Below the pieces are notes generated by a model, which saw only the letters and a program-made list of their open reading frames with translations, made no database searches and had not been told where the DNA came from. The position numbers and the translations under genes are program-made. From Glaucostegus cemiculus (taxonomy: Eukaryota), in assembly GCA_976551045.1 (NCBI GenBank), contig CDPCPM010000043.1:1178001-1242000 (forward strand): a stretch of DNA of 64,000 bases, in the 5' to 3' direction. Below, piece after piece: positions 51,340 to 63,560 of the stretch. Position 1 is the first letter of the stretch. Each line of letters starts with the position of its first letter.

Positions 51340-52090
51340 TCGTAGTGTTCAGAAAGCAATTGACTTATCAAAACATCAATGAGGAACATTGTGTCAAGCA
51401 CCTGCGTATCATCAGTAAGGAGGTCTTCACAAAAATCAGATAACTGTTGTAGCCATAACCCAGCCTTGGAGCAGGAGAAGGATTGTGTTGCTTGTGGCTT
51501 TCAGGGTGACCATGACACTGAATTATTATGTGTCTGTCCCCTCCCAGGCTGGACATGGAGGTACTTACCCATCTTGGAGTTTGCCGTCCATTGTTGTACA
51601 GGGAAGTTCACTGAGGCCACCTGTTCAAAATGAACCAACAACTTCATTCTCCCTCACCAGAGATGAACTGGTAGAGAGAGAAAAGGAATTGGAAGATTTG
51701 CAGCTTTTCTGCAGAATAGGGTGCCCTTGACTACACACACATCACTTTGAATACAGGATGTCAACTCTGCCTGACACCAGAACAAGCAAAATTCCAGACC
51801 CTCAAGTCCTTTAGGTGTATAGACAGGTCAGTGGCTGGGATCCTTATAGCTGCCACGATTCCTTCTTTCTGTATTGGTCTACAACAGTAGCTGAATTTGA
51901 ATCACGACTGGAAGCCAAAGGCTGCTCGACGTCAAGGGCAATGACCATAAAAGACATTCTGATCTGCAAAATCTAATAAAGCAGATGGCTGATATGCTAA
52001 AACAATCTGAACCACTATAGGAGAGTCCTGCAGTGCTGGACAGAGTGAGGTTCAAGATTAATTGTGGTCTACTGTATGCTGCACAAGCTC
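51340..52090 (+). mobile_element. PIF/Harbinger transposase relic spanning most of the ORF
   Basis: Ordered motifs across frameshifts: VFRKQLTYQNINEEHCVKHLR, VAFRVTMTLNYY, ILEFAVHCC, GALDYTHITL (catalytic GAIDCTH), PYSCHDSFFL (PGS.HD) and SRLIVVYCMLH. Confidence 0.85.
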
Positions 52091-52244
52091 ACACCCTGCA
52101 GACAAGGCCCTTCCCACCAACTCTGATGGGCTGAAGAAGACAGGAGCTAACTCACTGAGCTCATTACTGCATGGACTGCTTGCAAAACCTACATCCCAGT
52201 GTGGAGGAATAAACTCACTTCCCCCATCATTAACATCTCACATC

Positions 52245-52642
52245 TGTCGTATCTGGTTATTTGCGAATCCACAGGTTCTTTCAGGAGTCCACAAACGAGT
52301 TGAAAACAGCTTGGTGCTTCACAAAGTTTTATTGGCAAAGTTTAAAACACAGAAACAGTCACAGAGCACATGGCACTAGCTTTGATGAGCCGAGACAAAG
52401 GGAACAAAGATGAGCTCAGGCCAGGGGAGACGAGCAAGAGCAAGAGATTAACAAAAAGCAACACCTTTTATACCAGAGATAAGAGATGCTCTTTAGCTAA
52501 CAATAGTCCAATCAGGAAACCTATTAGACACTTGTGGTCAAACCAACCAATGAAAAAACCACATATTCACCTGATGGACGAACCAATAAGCTAGCAAGTG
52601 GCCATTCCCTGTGCAGCCGCTGAAGGTGTCTTAAACACTACA
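52245..52642 (-). mobile_element. Solo LTR (398 bp)
   Basis: TG..CA ends with a short terminal inverted repeat (tgtcgt/actaca). Flanks catc/catg form a 4-bp TSD with one mismatch. The minus-strand order is CCAAT boxes (52508-52588), TATAAAA (52472-52466), AATAAA (52333-52328), which is the U3-R-U5 order. Confidence 0.7.
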
Positions 52643-53131
52643 CATGTTAAAAACTGATTAAAACAGTTGAATCCAACACATCTTTCCTTCTCTCTGTCAC
52701 GGGCCATGACTGTAAGTAGATGCCCTGTGCTATCCATTAGAAAACTACACAAGTACCTGAAACAATGTTCCCAGTGGAACACCTGGGGTAAGCTGGACCA
52801 ATTCTTCATGGAGAGACCCTGAAACATGAAAGAAGCATCACGTGGTGGTCAAAGCAAGCTCCAGCCCCACAGAAGGAGGTAATGAACAACCTGCTAAACC
52901 ACACCCCCTGACCTAGCCTGAACTGTCAAAGGCCGCATGTCTCAGTCAGAAACAATCAACAATATTTTATAAAGTTTTGTAAAATGTTTTAACATTTTAA
53001 AAATATACAGCTTTTAAAAATACTTTAAACAGTAATAAAATGCTTTAAAAATCAAAAGACTAAATGTTTACCTTTGTTCCGCTCAGCCAATGCCCTCCAT
53101 TGAAATCAATTGAGAATAACTGCCAGTATTA

Positions 53132-53396
53132 GGGCGGCACAATAGCGTAGCGTTTAGCGCGATGCTGTTACAGCGCCAGCGATCGGGGTTCGATTCCTGT
53201 CGCTGACTGTAAGGAGTTTGTACGTTCTCCCGTGTCTGCGTGGGTTTCCTCCGGGTGCTCCGGTTTCCTCCCACATTGTAAAATACGTACGGGTAGGTTA
53301 GTTTGGGGGTTTAAAATGGGCTGCGTGGACTAGTTGGGCCAAAAGGGCCTGTTACCATGCTGTAAATAAATAAATAAATAGATAGATAGATAGATA
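53132..53396 (+). mobile_element. V-SINE (HE1-type), full-length and young, with a CR1-like tail
   Basis: CpG-rich tRNA-like head with A box tagcgtagcg and B box ggttcgattcc. Central domain tgcgtgggtttcctccgggtgctccggtttcctcccaca. Tail ttgggccaaaagggcctgttaccatgctg followed by (TAAA)n(TAGA)n. Confidence 0.92.
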
Positions 53397-53654
53397 TTTA
53401 CCTCCTCAGCAGCTAACTGCTGTCAGTAAACATTAGATTTCTGCATTGACATTCACAGTTGTTAGTTAAGTGAGTTCAATACCTATAGATTCATTGACCT
53501 GACTCCTGCAAAATCTGGCTCTGTACTTCAGGTTAGTGATTTGCAACAGAACCCAAGGTATTGAAGGGTATTGAAAGGAAGGTGCAAGGCCCACCCAGCA
53601 ACTATTCATTCTATCATTTGGCAGATGGAAAAAGAATGAGTTCTAATGCAAGTT

Positions 53655-53770
53655 CATTAACCTGGAGCATTGATTCTGTTTCTCTCACCTCAGATGCTGC
53701 CTGACCTGATGAGTATTCCAGCACTTTCTCTTTCCATTTCAGATTTTTGGCATCTGCAGTGTTCTGATTT
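53655..53770 (+). repeat. Penelope-like terminal-repeat arm
   Basis: ctgtttctctc..cagatgctgcctgacctgatgagtattccagcactttct..tttcagattt..gcatctgcag. Confidence 0.65.
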
Positions 53771-55084
53771 TTGATTAGTTATGAAAGAAAATTTATCTGT
53801 GCTAGCTGACAACATGAACATGGAAAAACATTTGGAGGGGATTTGTCTACATAAGTATATCTTGAGATGTTTTCAAAAAAGCCTTAATTAATATGTTCAA
53901 GATTTAATACACTCTTGGGATCAGATGAGTTTTCATAAACATTGTAATGCAATCTGTGCTGCAAGATAATAGCTAAGCCTTGGAACACACTCCCAGCCAT
54001 CTGTGGTTCCATAGCAGTGTCAAAAATTACCATGAGATTACTATGACAAGCTTCCTATCCTTTTATGTCAACTCTCAGTCCATCCTGCTGTTTCAACTTC
54101 AGTGCTGTCTTTCAGTCTGCCTTTGTCTTCACCTATATCTCTTAGTAGAATTAAAACTCTGCTGTCGGCAAAGTTATATTAAGGCTTTGTGATGCGAGGA
54201 ATGTAATACTGTGAGAGAGAATTGTGTGATCCTGAAGTCCCTGGGGAGTATTGGTTACAAGATCAGAGCAACACTGTTGACCTGTGCCACCTGCTCCCAT
54301 TGGAAGCTCAGGATCCGAGAAATAACCCGATGATGCCCAAATTTATTTTACAGATTAATGCTAATACGTATTTGTCTCCAATATCAACATAGGTGCAATG
54401 CAAATGATGTTGTAATTTGTAACAGGCAAAGAGAAGGTCTTAGCAAATGGAAAGCTAGAAATTGAATTGTTCATTTGGAGCAGTATTAAAAAATTCAGTG
54501 ATGAATGTTGGATTTAATATTGATTGAATGTCTTACATTCTGGTATGAATGTTTGTAAAACATTCACCTTACATGTTTTCCATGAACGACAAATGGATGT
54601 AATAGGATATTGAGTTGTAAATCACAACTTTGAATCACAATAGCAGCTCTTAAATCTGCTTGCCATATGTTGCCTTCAATGAAAGGCCAATGCTCCAGGA
54701 TCAAACCACCCAATTATGATTAACTAGGGATCCAATCCTTTTAAGTTTATTTGCTACCTAGAGATGATTCAAATTTATCTTTCCAATATACTTTGCAGTT
54801 TTTCCTTTACCATTAATTTATTGACAAATTATTTCCCGTGATTATTTTTAAGGAGGTGTTTTGTTTATACAAAATATTGTGTCAATGATAAATTCATACA
54901 ATTTTTTAAGAGCTTGTGTCCACTAAATGATTGGCTCAAGCATGGAATTCATGGAAGTTAATAATAAGTGTCAGCCTGAATAAGGGGATGCCTGAAGCAG
55001 GCTGTAGTTTGATGTACCATGTAGAGTTTCAAGGGCAATTATTTGTTCTCAAAGCAAGGAACTAGAAAGTATTCACCAAGATTG

Positions 55085-55345
55085 CACCATGGCGTGGTGC
55101 TGCAGCTTCACAACTCCATGGACAAGGCTTCAAGCTTGACTTTGGGTGATGCTTGTGTGGAGTTTGTATGTTATCCCTGTGACCATGTGGGTTTCCTCTG
55201 GGTGCTCCAGTTTTCTCCCACATCCCAAAGATGTGATGGTTGGTAGGTTAATTGATGACTGTAAATTGTTCCCATTTCAGGTGGATGGGGCAGAAGGATC
55301 AGTGGAAATTGATGGGCACGAGAGAGAGGTTACAGGGAACTGAGT
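55085..55345 (+). mobile_element. V-SINE (HE1-type), degenerate
   Basis: gtgtggagtttgtatgttatccctgtgaccatgtgggtttcctctgggtgctccagttttctcccacatcccaaag. Confidence 0.85.
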
Positions 55346-55961
55346 TGAATGGGCTTCCTCCATGTTGAATAGGAACATGAGATTTTCAGTCGCACTATCC
55401 CACTGCTCATGTGATTTATGGAATCACTGCTTATTCCTCGGAGACAGGCCTGTCATTGTGCAGTGCAGGTATCTGATGAGGTCATATCAACATAATACTG
55501 GCAAGAAGGTAAATTTACCAAGGTTAAATCTCTAGTGGTGGCAAGAAGTACAGCCATTAAACTAGAGTGATAAATATTATAGAAGTGATATAGACCCTTT
55601 TATAACTTGAATTCATTTTAGCAATGTAGCTTATTGCATCTCCAGATCTTCAGTTGTCTATCTTCATGTATGGAAGCATAGCGAGATTCCAAAGGCAATA
55701 AAGCCATTCTTCCAGAATTTTTATGGGACAATTCATTAGTGAGAACATTAGTGTATTCATAACATTTTAAACCACCTCATTTTGATTGTAGCCTAAGTCA
55801 AACAATTTTTTATGGAAAACAACATTTTTAATAGATCAAAACAAGTATAACTGCAGATACCTTATCACATAATGGTATGCTGTAAATAAAATCTATGTAA
55901 CAGCTCTTTCTTCATTTTCCTGCAGATTATTTCATCTGAACCCAATATTTAAAGCTCAAAA

Positions 55962-56064
55962 ATGGCAAAATTATTTCTTCTTATGGTTCTGGGAATCTTT
56001 CTGGAGTATAACAAAGTTTTTGGCCTGCAACAGACTTTGCCACGAGTGTATCTCACATCTAAAG
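55962..56064 (+). CDS. sema3c: First coding exon of a class-3 semaphorin, most likely semaphorin-3C (exon 55926-56064: 36-nt 5'UTR plus 103 coding nt)
   Basis: Polypyrimidine acceptor tcttcattttcctgcag ends at 55925. ATG at 55962 lies in a strong context (aaaATGG). It translates to MAKLFLLMVLGIFLEYNKVFGLQQTLPRVYLTSK+G, followed by a canonical AAG|GTAAGT donor. A hydrophobic signal peptide followed by PRVYLT matches the SEMA3C N-terminus (human ...QPQARVYLTFDE). The 103-nt phase-1 coding length matches the SEMA3C exon structure as I recall it. The paralogue call rests on 34 residues only. Confidence 0.8.
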
Positions 56065-57299
56065 GTAAGTGCGACATCAAAAATAACTATTTCTATGTTC
56101 AGAATTGTTATATGTCATTTTCTTGATGTGTTGGACTTTCTATTAAATAAAAATATTGTAAAGGATATTAATAAAAAATGTGGATGTGTGATGGAGAATG
56201 GGAAAGACCATGAATCCCTTTTCGTGCAAGTTATTGAGTTGAGAGCATTTAGTGTAAAGCAGTGTGCTTTTCTATAATGTTGCGTAGAGTGTATTCTTTA
56301 GCCCAATATCTGTTGATGAGGAGTTACCTAAGTAGTAAATATTGTCCATTGAGTGAAATTAACATCTGAATTTTAGCTTTTCTATATTAAATCCACTTCA
56401 TGTAATTTGTATTAACTTAAAAGGTGATGCTCTCTGTATATTTGGAGATTTTATTATGTGTGACATACAAATTCTACACTAAGGAGATAGAATGAAACAC
56501 TTCATCTGGAATGCAGTTTAAACAATACTGAGCAACATGGATTTATTTTGTTTTTATAGTACACTAATGAGGTTTTATTTGTTTCCACTGGGACATCAAA
56601 TGGAATCTGAGTAGTTTTATATGTCTGGCACATCAATGACAGAAACAGCCTAGATTTAGTGACCTAAAATTGGCAAAATAAAACGTCACCTTCTCAATGC
56701 AGGGAGGGAGAAAACATAAGTTCAGACCCTGGTTATAACCGGCTTTTATGTGAATGTATTCTTACTTTGTTAGAGCCAATGTTGTCATCACCAGTTTATC
56801 TGAATGGGAATTGGCCAACCCCTGGGGGAGATGGATGGAAAAAGTAACTTCTCATAACTACAAGACTCATGGTGTCATGACATTGGCAATGTCTGTGAAG
56901 AAGTCTGTATGACTGGTCCATTCCAATCTTGTGCTGAAGGAGACACAATAGATACAAGGAGTTGAAACTGACAGAACAAAGAAGTACATTAGCCTGCAAA
57001 AGATTTCTTTGACTTACTGATGTAAACTAAATTCTTGAAAAGTGAAACAAGAATTCAAAGACTTGTGAACGATTTGACAGGCTGAGAGATAATTGTTCTT
57101 TCTGTGACCATAACCATCTAAATACTAACACATGGAGTGTTTGGTTCTGTACATATAGATGTTTTATAAATTCTCCCGATCTGCAAATTTGAAGATTGGA
57201 AGTTGAGAGGGATGGGGGTGCTGGGATGGGAGGTAGTGAAGTAGGGAACACTCACTGAAAATAAGCCCAAACATCTCTCAAAGGATCCATGAAATGTCC

Positions 57300-57472
57300 C
57301 TCAGAGAAGAAATCTACCTTCCTACCCAGTCTGGACTACATGTGTCTGCAGGCTCATTCACCATGATTGATTCTTAACTGCTTCCTCAGTTCATGGGTAG
57401 TCTGGGAAAGGCAAAGCAGCCAGCATGGCCAGCAATATCAGCATCCCCAGAACAAATAAGTTTAAAAAAAAA
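57300..57472 (+). repeat. Interspersed LINE 3'-end-like repeat
   Basis: cctacccagtctggactacatgtg..ttgattcttaactgc..ggccagcaatatcagcatcccc ending in an A-rich tail. Related copy at 20790-21170. Confidence 0.5.
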
Positions 57473-57689
57473 TGAAGTTTCAATGGCGCACCTATTTCTG
57501 TGGAGAACAATTGTCTTTTGACTCAACACTTCATTCTGGGGTGTTCAGCTCCTGAAGGAAGACTCAGGTCAGTGTAAACCTGTAAATTGTAACCAGTTCT
57601 TGAGTCAAGTGGGAGGAATGTGAGCTGGCAAATTTGAGCCAGTTGGATTAGAGACAAGCATCATCCTAATGAATCACTAGGCTGAGTAG

Positions 57690-58665
57690 TCCTGGACCTG
57701 CCTGACCTCACCAGTGTGCATTGTCTGCTAGTGTAAGGTCTGGACAAGATAACCACTACCTCCAGCAGGTAACCCCTGAGGTGGGGGAGGCTAAGATAAA
57801 GTGATACGGGCTGCAAAATCCTTGTTGTTTTGGTCCACAGTTGCCAAATTGATGCCACTATGGTGGGTAATGCACATGTACACATCTGTAACGTGAAACC
57901 TGCTAAATGCCACAGTGTGAGAATATTGGTGTTTACTAAGCTGGAAGTATGCAGAACAGTCAAATAATTTGATGTGAGCATTGCCAGGTTGCAGCTTCAC
58001 ACTCCAGGTAACAGCTGTCCTTAACTTCACACACTGAACACATGTAGCTGTGACACTTTACTCTGTACTATTACTGTTTTTACCTGTACTACATCAATGC
58101 ACTTTGTACTAACTCAATGTAACTGCACTGTGTAATGAATTGACCAGCACCTCGGTACAAGTGACAATAATAAACCAATACCAATACCAATATACATGAG
58201 CAAACAGACCCCTCCACCCGCATCACTGAAAGAGACCATCCACACAATGCAAGTTAATTGTTTATTGATTTGTGATGGCTTGTAATAAACTTCCATGGGT
58301 TTACTTACTAGTGTTCTTTAACATTGCTAAACTCCTCAAGCAGCAGCATAAAAGGTACCGAGGAATTTGGCCCTGACTTCAAGCTTCCAGTAAGTCAGTT
58401 GCTCCCAAACACAGGGCATTTGTTGGCTCTCCATTTGAAGTGGAGCATTACCTGGGGAAAGAGCAGATGGCAAGCTATAGGAAGAACAGGGGGGAAGAAG
58501 ATTTGTCAGCAGGAGGTCAGACTCACCCAACTGTCTGACCTGAATCTCAGTGAGGAACAGCGGGAGATGTCCTTGCTTCAGAATGGCAGTGCCACCTCCA
58601 GCAGCCGTAACTTCAGTCTTAAGGTTATGGACCAAATTCCCAGCAGTTACCAAGGTCTCTGGGGG
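57690..58665. mobile_element. Harbinger relic with divergent Myb/SANT-like (-) and transposase (+) remnants
   Basis: Plus strand LNLSEEQ..CHLQQP..PAVTKVS parallels the N-terminus at 51340-51520. Minus strand LLEVVV.LSR..SRQC..VRSGR loosely resembles the Myb W.EVA..VS..R..QC..L.RS motif. Confidence 0.5.
58040..58191 (+). mobile_element. Rex1-type 3'UTR/tail fragment
   Basis: Near-identical to 42625-42800 (gtagctgt..ctcggtacaagtgacaataataaaccaataccaatacca). Confidence 0.88.
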
Positions 58666-60349
58666 CATCAGGCCTTATTCAGGGTGGAACTGCCCACCAG
58701 TGTCGCACAAGGAATGAAATCTTGCTGGTGAAACCAAGCTCAGGAAAGCTGAGTAACTTTTACTCTGCCTTGCAACAGAGCAGGAGAGAGAATGGATAGA
58801 CAGTTTTGAAAGGATTGCAAACTTCCCCATAGAATAGGATAGTGTGTTATCTGCAATGAACGGTTTTAGTTGAACATTGCATTCTGACCCTTGTGCTTAT
58901 TTGGTGGGGTGGGGTGGGGTGGGGGGTGGCATTGCTATCCAACTTGTCCACTTTGGTATCTTCTGTTACCAATGACTGAATATCATTCACAGGTACCAGA
59001 AGAGCCATGAGGAAATGTTTCTTTCCACAGTGATTTGCATGGAGTTAGCAAACTCAGCCTGTAGATTACAGATTCATTGGCAGCTTACAAAAAGAATTTC
59101 CTAAATATCCAAAAGAGACATGTTGTAGGGTTATGGGGAAAGAGAAGTGATGTAGCCACTCAAAGAGCTGAAAGCCACTTCTGTTTATTGTAATTGCTTT
59201 TAACATTTATTAAAGTTACACCATTTGAACTATTTGAACCATTCTATCACATAGTTATTAGTCTCAAAACTACAGCAGTCATGATTGTCAGTGATAGAGA
59301 AGGACACAATTGTTACAGCATTAAAATCATTTCCCAGTCGAATTCAGTGATGTGTACAATAGGACAATTGAATGATATTCCACCAGTGAAAGTGAGCAGA
59401 CAGAAGTGCCAGGCAGAGTTTTGCTAACTGTGGCATATATTTGTTAACAGTTGCCTACATATTCACAACAACAGTTGCTTCATATTTCCCACAACAGCAA
59501 AAAACTGAAATAATTTTCATTTCTGGAGGCATCATACTTTCCTTACAAGGAATAATGTTTTATTTGTGGTCATTCTGTAGATTCCCCTGAAGAATAATTG
59601 CTTATGTTGCAGAAATATCAAGTTTTTCTGGTTTTGCAATGCAGAACCAGTTTAAATGGACTTTGTAGCCATTCTTAAGGAATGTTGGTACTAAATCAAC
59701 AGACTGCATGATTCCTTTAACCCCCATGCCCCTTCACCCCCCCCCCCATTAGTTTCTGAGCTCTTAGTAATTTTCTGATGGAGCACTGTTACCTAAAAAA
59801 TAGTGTACGCATTAACACTTGAAATTCTGCTGCTAAGCAGGTTTGCTTTACGTTAATATGTCTCTTTATCTTTCTGAGGGCTTTAATCAGCATACTGCAC
59901 AAGTTTGATTTCTGTGCAAGCATTACATCTGAAGAATGATCAAGGGTCATGCAAACTGCATTATTTTTTTCTCTCAGTTTCTCCATTAATCAATTAAATT
60001 ACCCATTACAACTTAAGAGGGCGAAGTTATTAGCAATTGTAGTTAGACAAGAAACATGTGCCTTTATTGACAGAACGCATACACAACTTCTATAAGGGTT
60101 TGCACTTGTCAGAAGGGAGAGAAATAACTGAGTTTATCAGATATGTAAGTGCTTAATGTGTGCAGCACTGATCCCCATTGCCAATTCACAGGATAAGAAG
60201 TCGTGCTACAATATTCTGCAGCTTCTCTGCTACTGTAAGATTTGAATGTAAAGACATTTTGGCCTTAAGCCTCACCACTTAATCAACTGACCCAAGCCAT
60301 TGCTTTGTTAAGAATTAACTTGTATAACTTCAGCCAATCAAATAGTTTG

Positions 60350-60545
60350 TGGATTCAGAAATAAAAACAAAGTGCTGAAACACAGCAGGCTAGGCACCAT
60401 ACACAGAAAGAGAAAGAGAGTTAATGTTTCAGGTCGATGTCCGTTCATCAGGGTCATAGACCTGAAGCATTAACATTCCTTCTCCCTCCACAGACATACC
60501 TGACCTGTTGAGTATTCGCAACATTTTCTGTTTTCATTTCAGATT
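60350..60545. repeat. Fused inverted pair of Penelope-like terminal repeats
   Basis: gttaatgtttcaggtc (60420-60435) pairs with gacctgaagcattaac (60459-60474). The minus strand reads CTGATGA-acggacatcgacct-GAAAC-ATT-AACTC. Confidence 0.7.
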
Positions 60546-60689
60546 CCTCTTCGCCCACAGTGCTTTAGTTTGGTGGTTTGCAGATTCAGCCTTATACAAT
60601 CCCTCTGTGTTCTAACACTTGTTTGAGGTTCTAAACATTGAACATTTGTGCAGATATTTCATTATTTGCTGTATATATCAAAGGAACAT

Positions 60690-60822
60690 ATGAACATAAT
60701 AAAATAGAACATAATGAACAGGAGGAAGCTGCTTGGCCCCTCGTGCCTTTTCTGCCATTCAATAAGATCATAACTGATCTTTCACCTCAGTGCCACATTC
60801 CTGCTCTAACCCCATATCCTTT
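60690..60822 (-). mobile_element. CR1 3'-end fragment
   Basis: gaacata..ggaggaagctgcttggcccctcgtgcc..ccattcaataagatcataactgatc resembles 1345-1420. Confidence 0.7.
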
Positions 60823-61599
60823 AAGGTGGAGTGCTAGTTCTGGGACTTGAGATGCATAACTTGCCAAGTTTTTGATACGTTATATCAATGTTTTGACATC
60901 TATGTCTGATGAAGAAGTCAATTGTATATAGGCAATCAATGTGTGTCAAGGGAACACTGCGATGATATTTATAAATATATTTTTTAGTTAAATGGCCTCT
61001 TCCTGTATTTCTGAGAATAAAGCAGGAAGGCAGAGGTAATTTAAAAATAATTGCCCTTGAGCACCACCATGTAGAAACTTTTAAACTTTTATGAATTTCC
61101 TGCTTGCAACCAAAATCAAATATAGTGAACTACCACAGAAATCTGCTGGACACGGTTCTCAAAGTCTCACTGTTTTCTTTGCTATTATTTTCTGAACCTA
61201 ACTTATAGCACTGGGATAACAATCTCCTTGAAACATATATCATTTCACAGTTCCTTTATTTGAAGTTAAAATACTTCAGAGCCTCAGTTTGAAACAAGGT
61301 CAGTAATCAAACAAGGTACAATAATATCATATATTTTATATTAATTAATTTTTGAGTTATTAAAATAACAATGTGGCATAGCAGAGGTCACAGACTATAA
61401 TAAGAACAGGGTCTGCACTGCGACAGTGAGAATAAAGAATCAAGAAATTTTACAGAATAGGGTCCTCATTGTCCTGCATGTAGAATGAACTTACTGCCAA
61501 GAAATATTTTGGCTAAATGTCTTTTTGCTATCAATTAGATTCAATAAATTCAAGTTATTTGCTGCCTTTTGTTCAGATGTAGAACCAATAGAATGGCAA

Positions 61600-63560
61600 C
61601 ATTTTCTAGTTGCTAAGAGGAGAGATGAAGATCGCCACTAAACTCATCTCAACACTTCAACTATTGGCGGACCCAACAGAGTGTTAGATTACATGAAGTG
61701 GCATATAATAGTGGCAGAATATATAGTAAGTCTAAACCTTGGGAGGATTTTAGAATTTAGAAAAGGATGACCAATTAATAAAGTCTTAGAAAGATTATGA
61801 ATAAACTAGCATGAGGTATGAAATATGTATGTAAAGAGGAATAGATAAATACATAGTAAACAGGATTTTTACAAAGACAAAGAATTATAAAAATAAATGA
61901 TGAAATAACACACATTGAACACATATCTTCATGGTGGAAAAAAGAAATCTGACAAGTAATAAAAATCCAGGGCTCAAAAGAGAATGAGGAGCTGTAAGAA
62001 ATTATTACTGGTAAACAATTAGAGATGACAAATGATTGAATCTAAAAATAAACCTATCCCTCAATGCTCATTTCCTGAGTTTTAAGATGTGGCTCTAGAT
62101 ATAGTAGATGCATTTGTCCAAATTTTAAAATTACTGACAAAAAGGATGGAGAGAGAAAACAAGGAACAATTGGCTAATTAGCCTGATGTCAATAATGCGG
62201 GACTGTAGAATATAATACTAGGATAACAGGATTTGTAGAAAATCATAAGGTGATTGGGAAATGTCAATATAAATTTATGAATGGGACATTGTGTTTCACA
62301 CATTTATTAGAGATTTTTGAAACTGTAATTAGTTAAGGGAGGAACTGGATGTAGTATTTAGATTTTTAAGAAGCATTTCATAATGTGCTTTTTTAAAGGG
62401 TGATTAAATAAAATTCGGGCTCATGGGACAGATGACCCATATTGGTTGGAGTCATAAATGGAGAATAGGAATAAACAGGAGATTTATGGTTTGGAAGGTT
62501 ATGACCACTGGAGAGTCATAAAGGTCAGTGCTTGAGTTTCATTGTGGGGCTGGGCATACCCACATGCTATACCCAAGTTTGCTATGTTACAAACCCAGTT
62601 GAGAAATTGTGAGGAAGAGATGAGATTGTAAGTGGAAACAGACAAATTAACTGGGTGGACATAAATATAATGTGGTGAAATTTGAAGTTATTAACTTTGT
62701 TAGGAAAAAACAGAATATTTTATTAAATAGTAGAAGAAAGCGCAGAGATAATTGTACATGCTTTCAATGGATCATGGAAAGTGAGTGCAGGGCTAGCAAT
62801 TAGAAAATTACTTTAGCTGTTATTACATCAGGATTGGTGTGTAATGTTAAAGAAGTGAGGTGCTCATCTCTAGGCATTGGCATAACGTGCTTTTAAGAAT
62901 ATTGGCTGCCGGATGTACTGACGTTACTGAAGATGGAAGTGTGAAGATGAGTACAACCACTAGTTGATATCGGTTCCACTAGACTAGCTCCAGGTGATCT
63001 TACACCAATTTTACAGGGTCTTGTTGAAGCTACAACTGGATATAGCTTTGCTCTCTCCAGATAAGGAATGAAAATTTATCTTAGAGGTCGAGCAACAAAA
63101 ATTCCCTATACCAATTCCCTGTTTTGGGAAGTTGGCTGTGGAGGAGTTTATTAGTATAAATTCCCTAGAGTTCAGAAAAGTGAGAGCTGATCTGAGTGAA
63201 ACATATCAAGCATGAAGATGCAGTGAAGATGTTACCTCCTGACAGGAGATGTTACGTCCTGACGGGGGTTATGGTCTCCAAATAAGGGCTTGCCCTTTTA
63301 GCACCAAGATGAGGAGAAATTTCTCCACTCATATAGTCATGAATCTTGGGAATTTTCTCCGCTAGCAGATTGTGGGTGCTCAGTTACTGAGTGCTGTTAA
63401 AAAGAAGTAGATTTCAGAATACAAAAGGAATTGGAGAATATAGGAATAGAGTGGTTAAATGCACAAGGTAGAAGATCAACCATAATATTATTGTGCAGTG
63501 GAGCAGGTACAAACAGCCTATACTTGCTCCCATTTCTTAAACATATTTATGTTCTTTTGT
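61600..63560 (+). mobile_element. Old, heavily decayed CR1 LINE
   Basis: gatgtagtatttagatttt.agaagcatttcataatgtgc (DVV.LDF.KAF..V), gagagctgatctgagtgaaacatat, gatgaggagaaatttctccactc..cttgggaattttct, and a CR1-like 3'UTR. Confidence 0.7.

Noticed and set aside
53132-53205. Functional tRNA gene
   Set aside because: The A/B boxes belong to the V-SINE head and run directly into the SINE central domain.
56020-56277. 85-aa ORF MACNRLCHEC..
   Set aside because: Out of frame with the real exon and reads through the GTAAGT donor into intron.
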